Shown piece after piece: positions 20,971 to 31,079 of a DNA stretch of 64,000 nucleotides. Where the stretch lies: assembly GCA_031411295.1 (NCBI GenBank), contig JANOAV010000202.1, forward strand, positions 32,001-96,000, in the 5' to 3' direction. Made by a program: the position numbers and the translations under genes. The DNA is from Verrucomicrobiales bacterium. Its GTDB lineage: Bacteria; Verrucomicrobiota; Verrucomicrobiia; Verrucomicrobiales; V1-33. The notes beneath the pieces were generated by a model that was given only the letters and a program-made list of their open reading frames with translations, was not told the origin of the DNA and searched no databases. Every line of letters begins with the position of its first letter. Position 1 is the first letter of the stretch.

Positions 20971-21067
20971 AGTGGGGGAATGCAATGCGGCTCCCAGTGC
21001 GGGATCTTCGGATCCACTTAGAGCTTCGACTCGGGGAATGCAACGCACTGGGAGTTCGCTATTCCAC
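20971..21067 (+). ncRNA. Candidate structured small RNA (unassigned family)
   Basis: 11-bp perfect stem CTCCCAGTGCG/CGCACTGGGAG enclosing a cUUCGg hairpin and a second CTTCG hairpin; repeated GGGGAATGCAA; lies between convergent genes. Confidence 0.55.
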
Positions 21068-21238
21068 GATGAAGCAGGGATCGATCTCGCGCCGGGCGTC
21101 GGCCGTCTTCTGACGTTGGACACAGGCCTCGACAACATTAACCATCTGATGAATTTAATTAGCAGCGGCTTGGCGTGATACGGCGGTTGGCAAATCGGCG
21201 TTCCATTGGGGTGCTAAACCGAGGACATTTCGTCCCAC

Positions 21239-22416
21239 CTATTTCGCTGCTTTGGCACCTTTTTTTGGTTTGGGAACGGGGCCCGATTTTTTGAGCTCCG
21301 CGATAATTTGCTCGCCACCAGTGGGCTTGACAATCGTGACCAGCACTTGTTCGAGGGATTTAGGAGCGGCACCCGATGAGTGGACATAGAGTTTTTGTTT
21401 ACGGGTTTTAGTTCCTTCAAGACCTTCTGGAGTTCCTCCGGGTCCACCTTGTCCATGAAATCTGCGAACCAATAAATGGCGTCCACATTGCGTAATTCTG
21501 GAGCCGTGAGGGCCAGCCAGGCATACCCAACGCCCATTTTCTCGAAGTAGTAGGTGTCTTTGCGTTCGTGGAAAGCGTCATAAACTCCCTTGAATTCAAA
21601 TGGTTTGGTGAAATCGACTTCCTTGTCTTTGTCAGGCTTGGGACCTAACGCAATACAGTGCCAAAAATGATCGAAGTTGCGCCCACGCGTCTGCTCTGCC
21701 CGTTCCCAATTTGATTTGGAAACGGTGGGAACCATGACTCCGCATCCGTAATAGCAAACGATCGGGGCTCCGCCGCCGATTTTATTCGCTTCATGCACCA
21801 CGGTCTCCAAGTAAGGGTGCATGGACTTTGAGACATCCAGCACTATTCCCAGCCTGCGGGCTGCGAGTTGCTTTCCAAACATGGCAACGAATCCCGCCCC
21901 ACGGCCGGGGCCAACGCCGGTCCCGAAGCCGTTCCCGAGGAGACCGCCCTTGCCACTCCCTCGCAGCCCTCCCTCTCCGCCACCCATGCCACCGGCCTGC
22001 GGCATGGCGAAGGAACTCAAGCTACTCGCGGCGGTCAGATTCGGTGTGTCCGGGAGCACCACGGTAGCGGTGGCGGAAGTCGAGACAATCCGACTCCTCG
22101 GTTGGTTCATGTGGACTGCCTGGCGTTTGGTCGCAAGTTTGGCACTATTTGATTTTCCACCGCCGCCCCCTCCGGGCAGAAAATCAACGACTTCTTCCGC
22201 GGATCTGCGATCCGAAACCATTTTAATGATAAAAATGGCGAGCAAAATGAGGATGACGTGGATGCCCAGGCTCGTCAAAAGAGAACCGCCCCCGATTCTC
22301 CGCCAGTAGCCTTCTTTCTTTTTAGGGGAAGACACTGTGAATGATTCACTAAACTCACCATTCGTGCCGAAGGACGAGTCTTCTGCAAATGGGAATGACT
22401 GGAAATTATCGTTCAT
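21239..22416 (-). pseudogene. Membrane-anchored Gly-rich vWA-like protein with apparent frameshift near 21406-21409
   Basis: TM segment, Gly-rich linker, MIDAS-like IVLDVSKSM, AIYWFADF; the plausible C-terminus (KLYVHS...IVKPTGGEQII) is in the -1 frame. Confidence 0.6.
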
Positions 22417-22839
22417 GGGAAAGCTAAGGCGACCAGTGAACCTCCTCCAAGTTGAAGATGCTCTCTACTTCAATTGGGTCGGTGCAGGGGATGTCTCTAG
22501 GAGATAACGCGAGAATCTCAATTTAGGACAGGACGTCAAGCCAAGCTTCTTCGTTGGCGGAACAAATATTGGCGAAGGTGAGCCACGAGCCTCCTGCAGA
22601 CAACATGAAGCATCAGACGAATTGATGAAAGCGTGGCTTGCAGCCCCTGAAAAATTATCGCATGTTAGTCGCCAGCTTTGGGCAGTCGCTTAGAGCTATT
22701 TCCGCATCCACGCAAATTCCCGTGACTTTCTCCTGATGGATTGATCCAACGTTGGCTCCGAGCCACGTTCTCACAGTGAATAACGGTTGGCATTCCGGTA
22801 ACGCTGGCCTAGTTGCTGGTGTCAGATCGATCATCGACC

Positions 22840-25800
22840 ATGCCCGAGTCCCCTCCTCCAGCTGCAGTGGCCAAGCCGCGGTTTTTCCGCCGGTGGGGGA
22901 AGCGTGTGGGCTGGTCAGTGTTGGTGCTGCTGCTTTTACTCGCGGCATTTTATCGGCCGATCATCCGTTGGGCGGCAGCTCATTTTGGCGGACAGGCCGC
23001 ACGCGATGCGGGGCTGGTGGCTTCGTGGAATCTGGAAGGAAATTTCTTCAGCGGCATGGATCTGCGGGACGTGAAAGTGAGTGGCAATGACGCCTCCCAA
23101 GTGCGCAGCATTTCCCTGGAGCATGCGAATCTATCCTACGACCTAACTAAATTCCGCAAGCAGGGAGTCGGTGCCGTCCTCAAAGAAGTCACCATTTCCA
23201 ATCTCACGGCAGACATTGACCTAACCAAGCCGGGCGAGCCGGCAAAAACGTCGCCCCGCAGGGACAAGAAACCTTCCGGCTCCCTGCCGGCGTTGCAATT
23301 CCCCAAGGTAACCATCTCCCACGTGAACCTCCGCCTCTTGATGGCGAGCGGCTTGGTGGAAATTGAGGACTTCTCACTATCGCTGGATCCGGATGCGCCG
23401 GGCGAGGTTTCCTGGGCCAAAGTGGCAGCGCCTGGCATCCCTGCGCTGGGCCCCATGAAGGGGGTGACGAAGCTGACTCCGCAATCCCTAGCATTCGAAA
23501 ATTTGGCCCTGCGGCCGGATACGCTGTTGCAGGAACTCAGCGTGGATATCGCCAAGCTGGCGCAGGAAGAGGTGGCGCTAAAGCTGGGGGTCCAGCAAGG
23601 GGGCGCGCAACTGAAGGTGGACGGCACGGTGGGTCAATGGAGTAGGGATCTCACGGCGGAAGCGGAAGTGAAGTTAACCAACCTCCATCCGGCGGATCTC
23701 GCCAGCTGGGATGTGCCGGCAGGAGAGATCGCCTGGGGGGTGAAATCGCTAACCGTCAGCGCGCACGGTCCCGTGCTCAAGCCTCAGGAACTCAAGGCCA
23801 CGGTGCAGGCCCAGACCGAGCCTTTGACGGTGGCTGGATTGCAGCTCAACGCCGCCCAACTGGAGACCAGGATCGCGGACGGCTTATTCCATCTGGACCA
23901 ACTCGTGGCGGGGGTGGGCGCGAATGAAATCGTAGCTACAGGTGAAGCAAAATTGCCTGCGACCTGGGCGGAGGCGGGGCAAGCGGTTGGTAAAATTTCC
24001 TTCAAACTAGATGCCAAAAATTTATCGCAACTCACGCCGCAGGTGCAAGGGGCAGCGGCAGCAGATGGCGCGGTGGAGTTTGGTGATCAGCAGTTGCGCG
24101 GGGCGAACTTGAATTTACACGCCAAGAACCTAACCGCAGCCGGGATCCCCGTTGAATCCGTGGAAATCAAGGCTACCAGCGCCAAGGAAATCGCCACGCT
24201 GGAGCGGGCGCAGATCGTGCTCAATGCGCAGAACACTGTTTCCGCCACGGGAACTTTCGGACTCACGGGTGATCATGCCCTAACTGCTCAGTGGGATGCG
24301 AATTGTGCCGACCTCGCCAGTCTGCCGACCCAGGTAAAGGCTGGCACCCTCTGGCCTGCTGCCGGGATGGTGAAATCTCAAGGGACCGCCAAAGGAACCC
24401 TAACTGCCATCCAGCAGCAGGATTGGCCGGCCCTAACCGCCAACGCCACGGTGGACGCCAGTGGGGTGAAGTTAAATGACGCCACGCTGCAAGGCCTGAA
24501 TTTGAAAGCTTCTCTGGCCCAGGGCAAAGCGACCTTGGAGCAACTGGCGCTGCAGTTGGATCCGGAAAATTCCGTGCAGGCGCAGGGGCAGTGCCTGTTA
24601 GGCGACCCTGCCCTGCCGCTCTCAGCCGAAGCGCATGTGACCTTGCCTAACGTGGCCGCACTGTCCGCCTGGGGCGAGCCGTTCGGAGCCCCGAAACTCG
24701 AAAGTGGCAGCGCACAGATCCACTGGAAGGCCACGGGCAAGGCGCGGCCGTTGTTGATGGATGGCAGCGGCACGGTGGATGTGGCCGGATTGAAGCTGAG
24801 CAGCGTGCCGGAGATTTTGGGACTAAAAGCATCCATCGAACAGCTGGGTGAGACCGCCAAGATTCCTCGCCTGCAAGCCACCGCCGGGCCGTGGCGCGCT
24901 GCCGGAGTGGTGGCATGGGACGGTAAGCGCCTCGATGTCTCCACGCTGGAAGGCTGGCTGAAAGAAGTTTCCCTGGTGAAGCTCTCGGCTTCGTTGCCGC
25001 TGAACTATAAGTCGGAACCACTGCATCTGAAGCTGGCCGTGGATCAACTGGACTCCGCCAAAGTGGCGGCCTCGCTGGGCCAAACCTTTCCTGCCAAAGG
25101 GATCGTGAGTTTGTCAGGGGAGTTTTCCGGCACGCTCAAGGATCTAAAAGGCGAACTGACCACGGAGGTGTCGCAAATTGTGATCGCCCAAAAGGAGGCG
25201 GAGAAACTGCAGCCCGGCAAGGTGAGCCTGAAGCTGAATTTGGCTGAGGGGAAACTCACGACTGACGTTGTGGTAAAGCAGAAACCACTGGAGGAACTGA
25301 CCCTCCATGCCGCCGTGCCCATGGATCTCCCGGCGTTGCTGGACCGCCCTGCATTGGCTCAGGAATTGCCGTTGGAGGCCAAGATGTCGCTGCCGAAATC
25401 AGCGTTAAACTTCCTGCCAAGCTTCGTTCCCATGATCCAGCGGATTGACGGCACGCTGGCGTTGGAGGTGGCGGCCACGGGCACGGTCACTAAGCCGAAA
25501 GTTGCCGGGACGGTGCAGTTGCAGATTCCTGACGTCGTCTTGGCCGATGAGTCGCTCCCCGGGATCAAACAACTGCGCGTAACATTGCTGGCGGATCAGC
25601 GAGCCATCACTATCAAACAAGCGGAAATGCTGGTTTCCGGAGGCCCGTTGAAGCTCACTGGGAGCGTGGGACTGCAAGATCTCAAGGATCCAACTTTCGA
25701 TTTGAAGTTGCTAGCGGAGGAAATTTTGGTCAAGCGGGACGACATGATCTCCCTGCGCGCCAATGCGGACATTGCTTGCATCGGGAAGCTCTCCGGAGCC

Positions 25801-26604
25801 ACCGTGGCTGGCAAGGTGGATTTGGTGCGCGGTCGAATCTTCAAGGAGGTTGAGATTGTGCCGCTGTCGCTGCCCAATCAACTGCCGCCTCCGCCCGCTT
25901 CCACCAAGTTAGGCAAGGAAGGATTGCCGGAATTGCCAGCAGTTCTGCACCCTTGGAAATTCGATGTTTCCGTGAAGACCAAGGACCCGATTCGCCTGAT
26001 GAGCACGGTGGCGCACGGCAGTGTTCTGGTCGATATGGCCTTGGCCGGAACAGGCGCCAAACCTGAGATAACGGGCAAGATAAACTTAAAGGACACTTGG
26101 GTGAAGCTGCCATTTAGTCGGCTCAATATCGTCTCTTGCGACGTTACCATCCCCAAGGAAAATCCGCTGGATCCCCAACTCGAGCTGATCGGGGAATCGG
26201 TGGTGGCGAATTACATGGTGACCTTGAATGCTTCCGGCCGGGCGATGGATCCCAAACTGCGCTTCACCTCCAGCCCACCGCTCTCCGAAGGTGATATCAC
26301 GTATCTGCTGGCTACGGGCACCACCGCTGGAGATCTGGGCGCGGGTAATGGCGAGGCGGCCGGACGGGCGTTGTTTCTGGTCTTCCAGAGTGCTTATCGA
26401 AAACTGTTTCCGAAGTTGGCGGCCGCAGCAGAGGAACAACAACCGCCCAAATTGTCGTTCGAGTTATCGGGCTTCGGCAACGATCCCAGCCGCCGGGGCG
26501 TGGCTGCCGTTTATGAATTAACCCCCAAAGTAAAAGCCATCGGCCGCGTCGGAGAAAATGGCACCTTCCGCGGACTGCTTTACTATCAAATTCGTTTCAA
26601 ATGA
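22840..26604 (+). CDS. tamB: TamB/AsmA-family translocation-assembly module protein
   Basis: N-terminal TM, long beta-taco repeats, C-terminal DUF490-like region (LSGT..KPEITG, FTSSPPLSEGDITYLL). Confidence 0.8.
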   Translation: MPESPPPAAVAKPRFFRRWGKRVGWSVLVLLLLLAAFYRPIIRWAAAHFGGQAARDAGLVASWNLEGNFFSGMDLRDVKVSGNDASQVRSISLEHANLSYDLTKFRKQGVGAVLKEVTISNLTADIDLTKPGEPAKTSPRRDKKPSGSLPALQFPKVTISHVNLRLLMASGLVEIEDFSLSLDPDAPGEVSWAKVAAPGIPALGPMKGVTKLTPQSLAFENLALRPDTLLQELSVDIAKLAQEEVALKLGVQQGGAQLKVDGTVGQWSRDLTAEAEVKLTNLHPADLASWDVPAGEIAWGVKSLTVSAHGPVLKPQELKATVQAQTEPLTVAGLQLNAAQLETRIADGLFHLDQLVAGVGANEIVATGEAKLPATWAEAGQAVGKISFKLDAKNLSQLTPQVQGAAAADGAVEFGDQQLRGANLNLHAKNLTAAGIPVESVEIKATSAKEIATLERAQIVLNAQNTVSATGTFGLTGDHALTAQWDANCADLASLPTQVKAGTLWPAAGMVKSQGTAKGTLTAIQQQDWPALTANATVDASGVKLNDATLQGLNLKASLAQGKATLEQLALQLDPENSVQAQGQCLLGDPALPLSAEAHVTLPNVAALSAWGEPFGAPKLESGSAQIHWKATGKARPLLMDGSGTVDVAGLKLSSVPEILGLKASIEQLGETAKIPRLQATAGPWRAAGVVAWDGKRLDVSTLEGWLKEVSLVKLSASLPLNYKSEPLHLKLAVDQLDSAKVAASLGQTFPAKGIVSLSGEFSGTLKDLKGELTTEVSQIVIAQKEAEKLQPGKVSLKLNLAEGKLTTDVVVKQKPLEELTLHAAVPMDLPALLDRPALAQELPLEAKMSLPKSALNFLPSFVPMIQRIDGTLALEVAATGTVTKPKVAGTVQLQIPDVVLADESLPGIKQLRVTLLADQRAITIKQAEMLVSGGPLKLTGSVGLQDLKDPTFDLKLLAEEILVKRDDMISLRANADIACIGKLSGATVAGKVDLVRGRIFKEVEIVPLSLPNQLPPPPASTKLGKEGLPELPAVLHPWKFDVSVKTKDPIRLMSTVAHGSVLVDMALAGTGAKPEITGKINLKDTWVKLPFSRLNIVSCDVTIPKENPLDPQLELIGESVVANYMVTLNASGRAMDPKLRFTSSPPLSEGDITYLLATGTTAGDLGAGNGEAAGRALFLVFQSAYRKLFPKLAAAAEEQQPPKLSFELSGFGNDPSRRGVAAVYELTPKVKAIGRVGENGTFRGLLYYQIRFK

Positions 26605-28628
26605 GCGCCCGTTCTCCTCTCCTCTTTTGGCTTGTCATGCTAACGCCGATCTGGGCCGAACCAGACGGGCCCCACCAGGTCCCGAAGGTAACTCCTGAAG
26701 TCACGCTTCATGGAGTGTCGAACGCCATGCTGCCAATCGCTGATCAGGTGGTCATCAAGCAACTTAAGTTGTCGGGCGACACTACCGCATCCGGACCGCT
26801 GGCGGATGATTTGGCCTTTTTCCTGGAATCCCGCTATCGTCAGGACGGCTACCCCGAGGCGCATGTCGAATGGCAACAGGAAGGCGAAGGCATCATCCTA
26901 ACCGTCTCAGAAGGTCCAATTTACGAAGTGGGGAAATTAACCATTGCAGGGGTGGACGAGGCCCTGGCGGCCACCTTGCTGCCGTATCTTACCAGCCCCA
27001 CCAAGGAACGTCGGGCGCGCGGAGACAAGCATTTACCGTATGTGGCGGAGGAGCTGAAATCAGGTGCCGGCATGGTGGAGCGCAAGTTGCACGCGGAAGG
27101 CTACCTGCATGCCATCGCCAGCGAGCCAACGTTCACGCCTAACGTAGAAGAGAAAACGATGGAGGTGACAGTGCAGGTGACGCTGGGACAGAAGTATATT
27201 TTTGGAGAAATTATCCTAACTGGCGATACCGAGGGCGTGGCCGAAGCACTGCGCGAACGAATCGCGCTACTCCAGGGACAGTCGTTCAATGAAGTGTCCC
27301 TGGAATCACTGCGGAAGGACTTGGTGACGGATTGTCAGGCACGCGGATATTTTGCGCCCACCATTACCTCAGAGAGCAACTTCGGAAAACAACCCGGTCA
27401 CGAGATCACAGCCAGTCTCAATGTGCAGTTAGGCGAAGTTTACCGCGTGCGTGACATCAATATCTCCGAGGAATTCAGCAAAGGGGCGCAACACGTGGCG
27501 CAAACCGTATTTCATCCCGCGCTCGACGAACGCTACAGCCCCATCTCGCTGGATCTCTACACCCGCCGGGCGCTGGAAACGGGAATCTATGGGCGACTGG
27601 ACATGACTCCCCGCGTCACAGGGCCGGGGGATCTCACCTTGGACATCGCTGGCACGGACGCGAAGCCGATTACGTGGTCGCTCTATGGCGGATACCAGAC
27701 GTTCGCTGGGCTGAGTGTGGGCACCGAGGTTACCAATGTGAATTTCTTGGATACGGGCCACACGGCCTCGCTCAAGGCCGAGTGGTCGTTCCGTGGTCTG
27801 GAGGGTCGCTTGGGCTGGAAAGACCCTGCCATCTTCGGCACCCGCAATGCGTTGGCGATGGATTTGTTGGTGGAGACGTTCGAGTTCAAGGCTTACCTCC
27901 GGAAGACGGCGGCCTTGCGCGCCTCCTTGTCCCGTCGGTTCTCCCGGGCCACCACGGCGGAAATTTTCACTGGAGTCAACGTCAATGCTTCCACGAGTGA
28001 TGGGTTGCTACCAGCTGAGTTAGGACCAGACTTCTACACCCTGGCCAATGTCGGGGCGCGGTTGAATTTCGATTATCGTGACAACCCCCTCATCCCTCAT
28101 AAAGGCTGGCAGGGATCACTGGGCGTGGAGGCGAATACCGGGGAAATTAGCTATACGAAGTTCGATCTCATGAGCGCGTTCTACCAGCCCATCACCGAGC
28201 ACCTGCGCGTGGCCATCGGGGCGCGTGCCAGCTACATCCAGACCAGCAGTGACATCACCGAGCTACCGATTGATCTGCGGAATTTTAACGGCGGCGGCAC
28301 TTCAGTCCGCAGCTTCAAGGATCGGGAAATGGGCGCGCACTCTATCCTGGGAGCCAACCCGTTAGGTGATTTTGCCTTTACCGTGATCAATGCGGAATTG
28401 AGCTACGAAATTATTTCCAATCTGGAATTGGCCGGCTTCGTGGATGCAGGCACGCTGGGCGATGGCAAGTCACTCTTCTCCTTCGATGACATGCGCTATG
28501 GCGTGGGCCTCGGCGTGCGCTATAACCTGCCCATCGGTCCGTTGCGGGTTGATTACGGCTACAATCCTGACCAGCGCGAAGGGGAAGCGCGCGGGGCCAT
28601 TCACGTGACGTTTGGGTTTGCGTTTTAG
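26601..28628 (+). CDS. Omp85 (BamA/TamA-family) outer-membrane protein with POTRA domains
   Basis: POTRA-like repeats (YxxxGY), GGGTSVRSF, GLGVRYNLPIGPLRVDYG, terminal Phe; ATGA overlap with tamB. Confidence 0.88.
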   Translation: MSARSPLLFWLVMLTPIWAEPDGPHQVPKVTPEVTLHGVSNAMLPIADQVVIKQLKLSGDTTASGPLADDLAFFLESRYRQDGYPEAHVEWQQEGEGIILTVSEGPIYEVGKLTIAGVDEALAATLLPYLTSPTKERRARGDKHLPYVAEELKSGAGMVERKLHAEGYLHAIASEPTFTPNVEEKTMEVTVQVTLGQKYIFGEIILTGDTEGVAEALRERIALLQGQSFNEVSLESLRKDLVTDCQARGYFAPTITSESNFGKQPGHEITASLNVQLGEVYRVRDINISEEFSKGAQHVAQTVFHPALDERYSPISLDLYTRRALETGIYGRLDMTPRVTGPGDLTLDIAGTDAKPITWSLYGGYQTFAGLSVGTEVTNVNFLDTGHTASLKAEWSFRGLEGRLGWKDPAIFGTRNALAMDLLVETFEFKAYLRKTAALRASLSRRFSRATTAEIFTGVNVNASTSDGLLPAELGPDFYTLANVGARLNFDYRDNPLIPHKGWQGSLGVEANTGEISYTKFDLMSAFYQPITEHLRVAIGARASYIQTSSDITELPIDLRNFNGGGTSVRSFKDREMGAHSILGANPLGDFAFTVINAELSYEIISNLELAGFVDAGTLGDGKSLFSFDDMRYGVGLGVRYNLPIGPLRVDYGYNPDQREGEARGAIHVTFGFAF

Positions 28629-28747
28629 GCTCGCTTTCGGGTTAACTCAGAAGAAGCGTCCACGTGACTGTGTTTCCCTTTTGAAAGCAGTCCAGCGGAC
28701 TGCTTCCACCCTCGCTCAAAATTTCCGGTTTCCCAAGGAAAATGGCC

Positions 28748-31042
28748 TTAGCCCATGGCCGTGTAGGACAAGCAGTTGATTTCATCGAAGGTGGTATGAC
28801 CTGCCACCACTTGGACCAGACCTTCTTGATAAAGGCTCTTAAATCCGTTCTGGATGGCAATTTTCCGCATCGTCACCACCGGAGCACCTTCGGCAATGAG
28901 GCCGGAAAGTTCATTGTTGATGAGATTCATTTCCATCAAGGCAATCCGTCCGCTGTAACCCGTGCCATTGCATTCATCACAGCCTACTTTTTGATAAATC
29001 GGCTCGGTGGTGGCCTGTTCGATGGCACCATGATAGTGAAGGAATTCTTGAATTTCCTGGGTGACCTGTGCGGGAGCTTTGCAATATGGGCAAAGTTTGC
29101 GCACCAAGCGCTGGGCCTGACTCATGGCCAAAGCATCCGCCAGCAGATAGGGTTCGATGCCCATGGAAAGCAGACGAGAAATGGCCCGGAGGGAATCGTT
29201 GGCGTGCAGCGTGGTGAGCACCAAGTGTCCCGTTAGAGCGGCGTTCACCGCAGCTCCCGCCGTCTCGCTATCTCGTGATTCCCCGATGAGAATCACATCC
29301 GGGTCTGCCCGTAACAGGGAGCGCAGACCGGTGGGAAAATCGAGACCGTGGAAGGAGTCGGTTTGCGTTTGGTTAATGCCTTCAATTTCGTATTCGATCG
29401 GATCTTCAATCGTCTGAATGTTGATGTTATCTTCGTTGATGGCGTTAAGGAAGGCGTAAAGCGTGGTCGTCTTACCGGAGCCTGTAGGGCCGGTTACGAG
29501 GACTAACCCTTGGTCCCGGGAGAGCACTTGCTTGATGATGCTGCTTTGCCGCGTGGACATATTTAGCTCACTCAGTTTCTTGATGCCATCCTGCTTATCC
29601 AAGAAACGCATAATGATTTTCTGCATTTCCTTCCGGTGCGGCACGGCGGCTACCCGGACGTCGATGCGCTTTTTGCCGAGGAGCATGGAGAAACGTCCAT
29701 CCTGCGTGGTCTGGCGTTCCTGGGCCATGTTAGACCAATTTTTGATGATGGCGATATAACGCAGCAGGCTCTCTTCAGAACAGGAATGGATGACGACGAG
29801 TTCCCCATCCACCCGGGCGCGGAAGCGGGCGGTGTTATAAAATTTCTCCACGTGAAGATCTGACCCGCGCATGGTGATGGCGCGATAAATCACCCACTTT
29901 ACCAGTTCGTCTGGCGCAGTGTTAGGGTTTGCCGGATTGACTTTGGCCATATCCAATGGATCAATTTCAACGATGTTTTGATTGTCCGAGTAGGTCAGTT
30001 CCCCCACTTGGACGCCACTGCCGGAATCACGACTGCCCCGGCTGCGGTTGCGCGCGATGGCGGTGGAGATGGCCGAGGGGTCAGCCAAAATGTTGATGAT
30101 TTTGACGGCATCATGCCCGCTGGAAAGCCACTCGTCTTCAAATGAATACGTGGAAGGAACGGCACTCATCAACCAGACATGCTGGTCACTACAGTGCAAT
30201 GGATAGACGTTATGCTTTTCCAGCAAGGCATCCGGGAAGATACTTTGACCAGGCGCTTCTTCAGGATTGTAAACTTGGAGGCCGGGGGATTGCAGTGCCG
30301 CAATGGCTAGTCCATAGTGACGCGGCAGGAACTTAAGATCGTCCAGGCCAGCATAGGGTTTGTTGCCGCGTTCGGTGATGAGCTTCAGGAGCTTCTCCCG
30401 CTCCACGTCAGGCATGGGATAGATGGCCAGGAACCAGTCCAAGACGTCCTTGAGTCCGGCATTTGCGGGAGGGGGTTGCAGATTGCTGTGGGGATTTACC
30501 GTGGCCAGGGGCTTGGCGGCAAATCTCGTTAGCAAGTCTTTATGAATGCTGGCATACTGGTCCGGATGAATCACCACCCGCACGATCAGAAACGAGGGGA
30601 TGCGCCAGTAATCCTGACAGGATGGATCGTAATGACCCATGATGATCAGCGGTCCCATGGTGCCCAGTGGCATCCATGGTTGAGCGGAGGATGCCGGAAG
30701 TCCAAACGTGCGCAGCAGGGCCTCTGAGGGAATGGAGCAGGCACCACGCGGAAGCTTCACGGGCGGCAAGCCACTGCTGTGGGCCACATTTTCCAAATTG
30801 AAATTTCCCACCACCGGGGCCGTGAAGACTTCGTCTGAGACGCGGGAGGCTCCAGCCATGGCCGAAGGGATGGCGGGCGGGTAATTTGGCGGTGGTTCTG
30901 CCGCGCGCACGGGAGCGGCCTCCGTCCAGAAGGATTCGTCAGGAGCCAAGCGTGAACCGCCCGCGGCTTCGGGCGCAGGAGATTCCAACGCGGAGGCCCA
31001 AAAATTTGTGTTTCCCGAGGTCGGCTCTTGAGTAGTAAACAT
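28748..31042 (-). CDS. Type IV pilus/T2SS assembly ATPase (PilB/GspE family)
   Basis: SDLHVE, GPTGSGKTT, TIEDPIEY, LRADPDVILIGE, TGHLVLTTLH, CPYC..CDEC; start moved to MFTTQEP. Confidence 0.92.
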   Translation of the reverse strand: MFTTQEPTSGNTNFWASALESPAPEAAGGSRLAPDESFWTEAAPVRAAEPPPNYPPAIPSAMAGASRVSDEVFTAPVVGNFNLENVAHSSGLPPVKLPRGACSIPSEALLRTFGLPASSAQPWMPLGTMGPLIIMGHYDPSCQDYWRIPSFLIVRVVIHPDQYASIHKDLLTRFAAKPLATVNPHSNLQPPPANAGLKDVLDWFLAIYPMPDVEREKLLKLITERGNKPYAGLDDLKFLPRHYGLAIAALQSPGLQVYNPEEAPGQSIFPDALLEKHNVYPLHCSDQHVWLMSAVPSTYSFEDEWLSSGHDAVKIINILADPSAISTAIARNRSRGSRDSGSGVQVGELTYSDNQNIVEIDPLDMAKVNPANPNTAPDELVKWVIYRAITMRGSDLHVEKFYNTARFRARVDGELVVIHSCSEESLLRYIAIIKNWSNMAQERQTTQDGRFSMLLGKKRIDVRVAAVPHRKEMQKIIMRFLDKQDGIKKLSELNMSTRQSSIIKQVLSRDQGLVLVTGPTGSGKTTTLYAFLNAINEDNINIQTIEDPIEYEIEGINQTQTDSFHGLDFPTGLRSLLRADPDVILIGESRDSETAGAAVNAALTGHLVLTTLHANDSLRAISRLLSMGIEPYLLADALAMSQAQRLVRKLCPYCKAPAQVTQEIQEFLHYHGAIEQATTEPIYQKVGCDECNGTGYSGRIALMEMNLINNELSGLIAEGAPVVTMRKIAIQNGFKSLYQEGLVQVVAGHTTFDEINCLSYTAMG

Positions 31043-31079
31043 TTCAGGTTTGATGGAGGGAAGGGAGAGGAAACCAGGC

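Noticed and set aside
21146..21152. CTGATGA hammerhead-ribozyme core motif
   Set aside because: No stem II or GAAA downstream, so the core cannot be completed.
20927..21178. 83-aa ORF across the structured intergenic element
   Set aside because: GTG start lies upstream of the putative promoter, with no RBS and no recognisable motif; RNA structure explains the region better.
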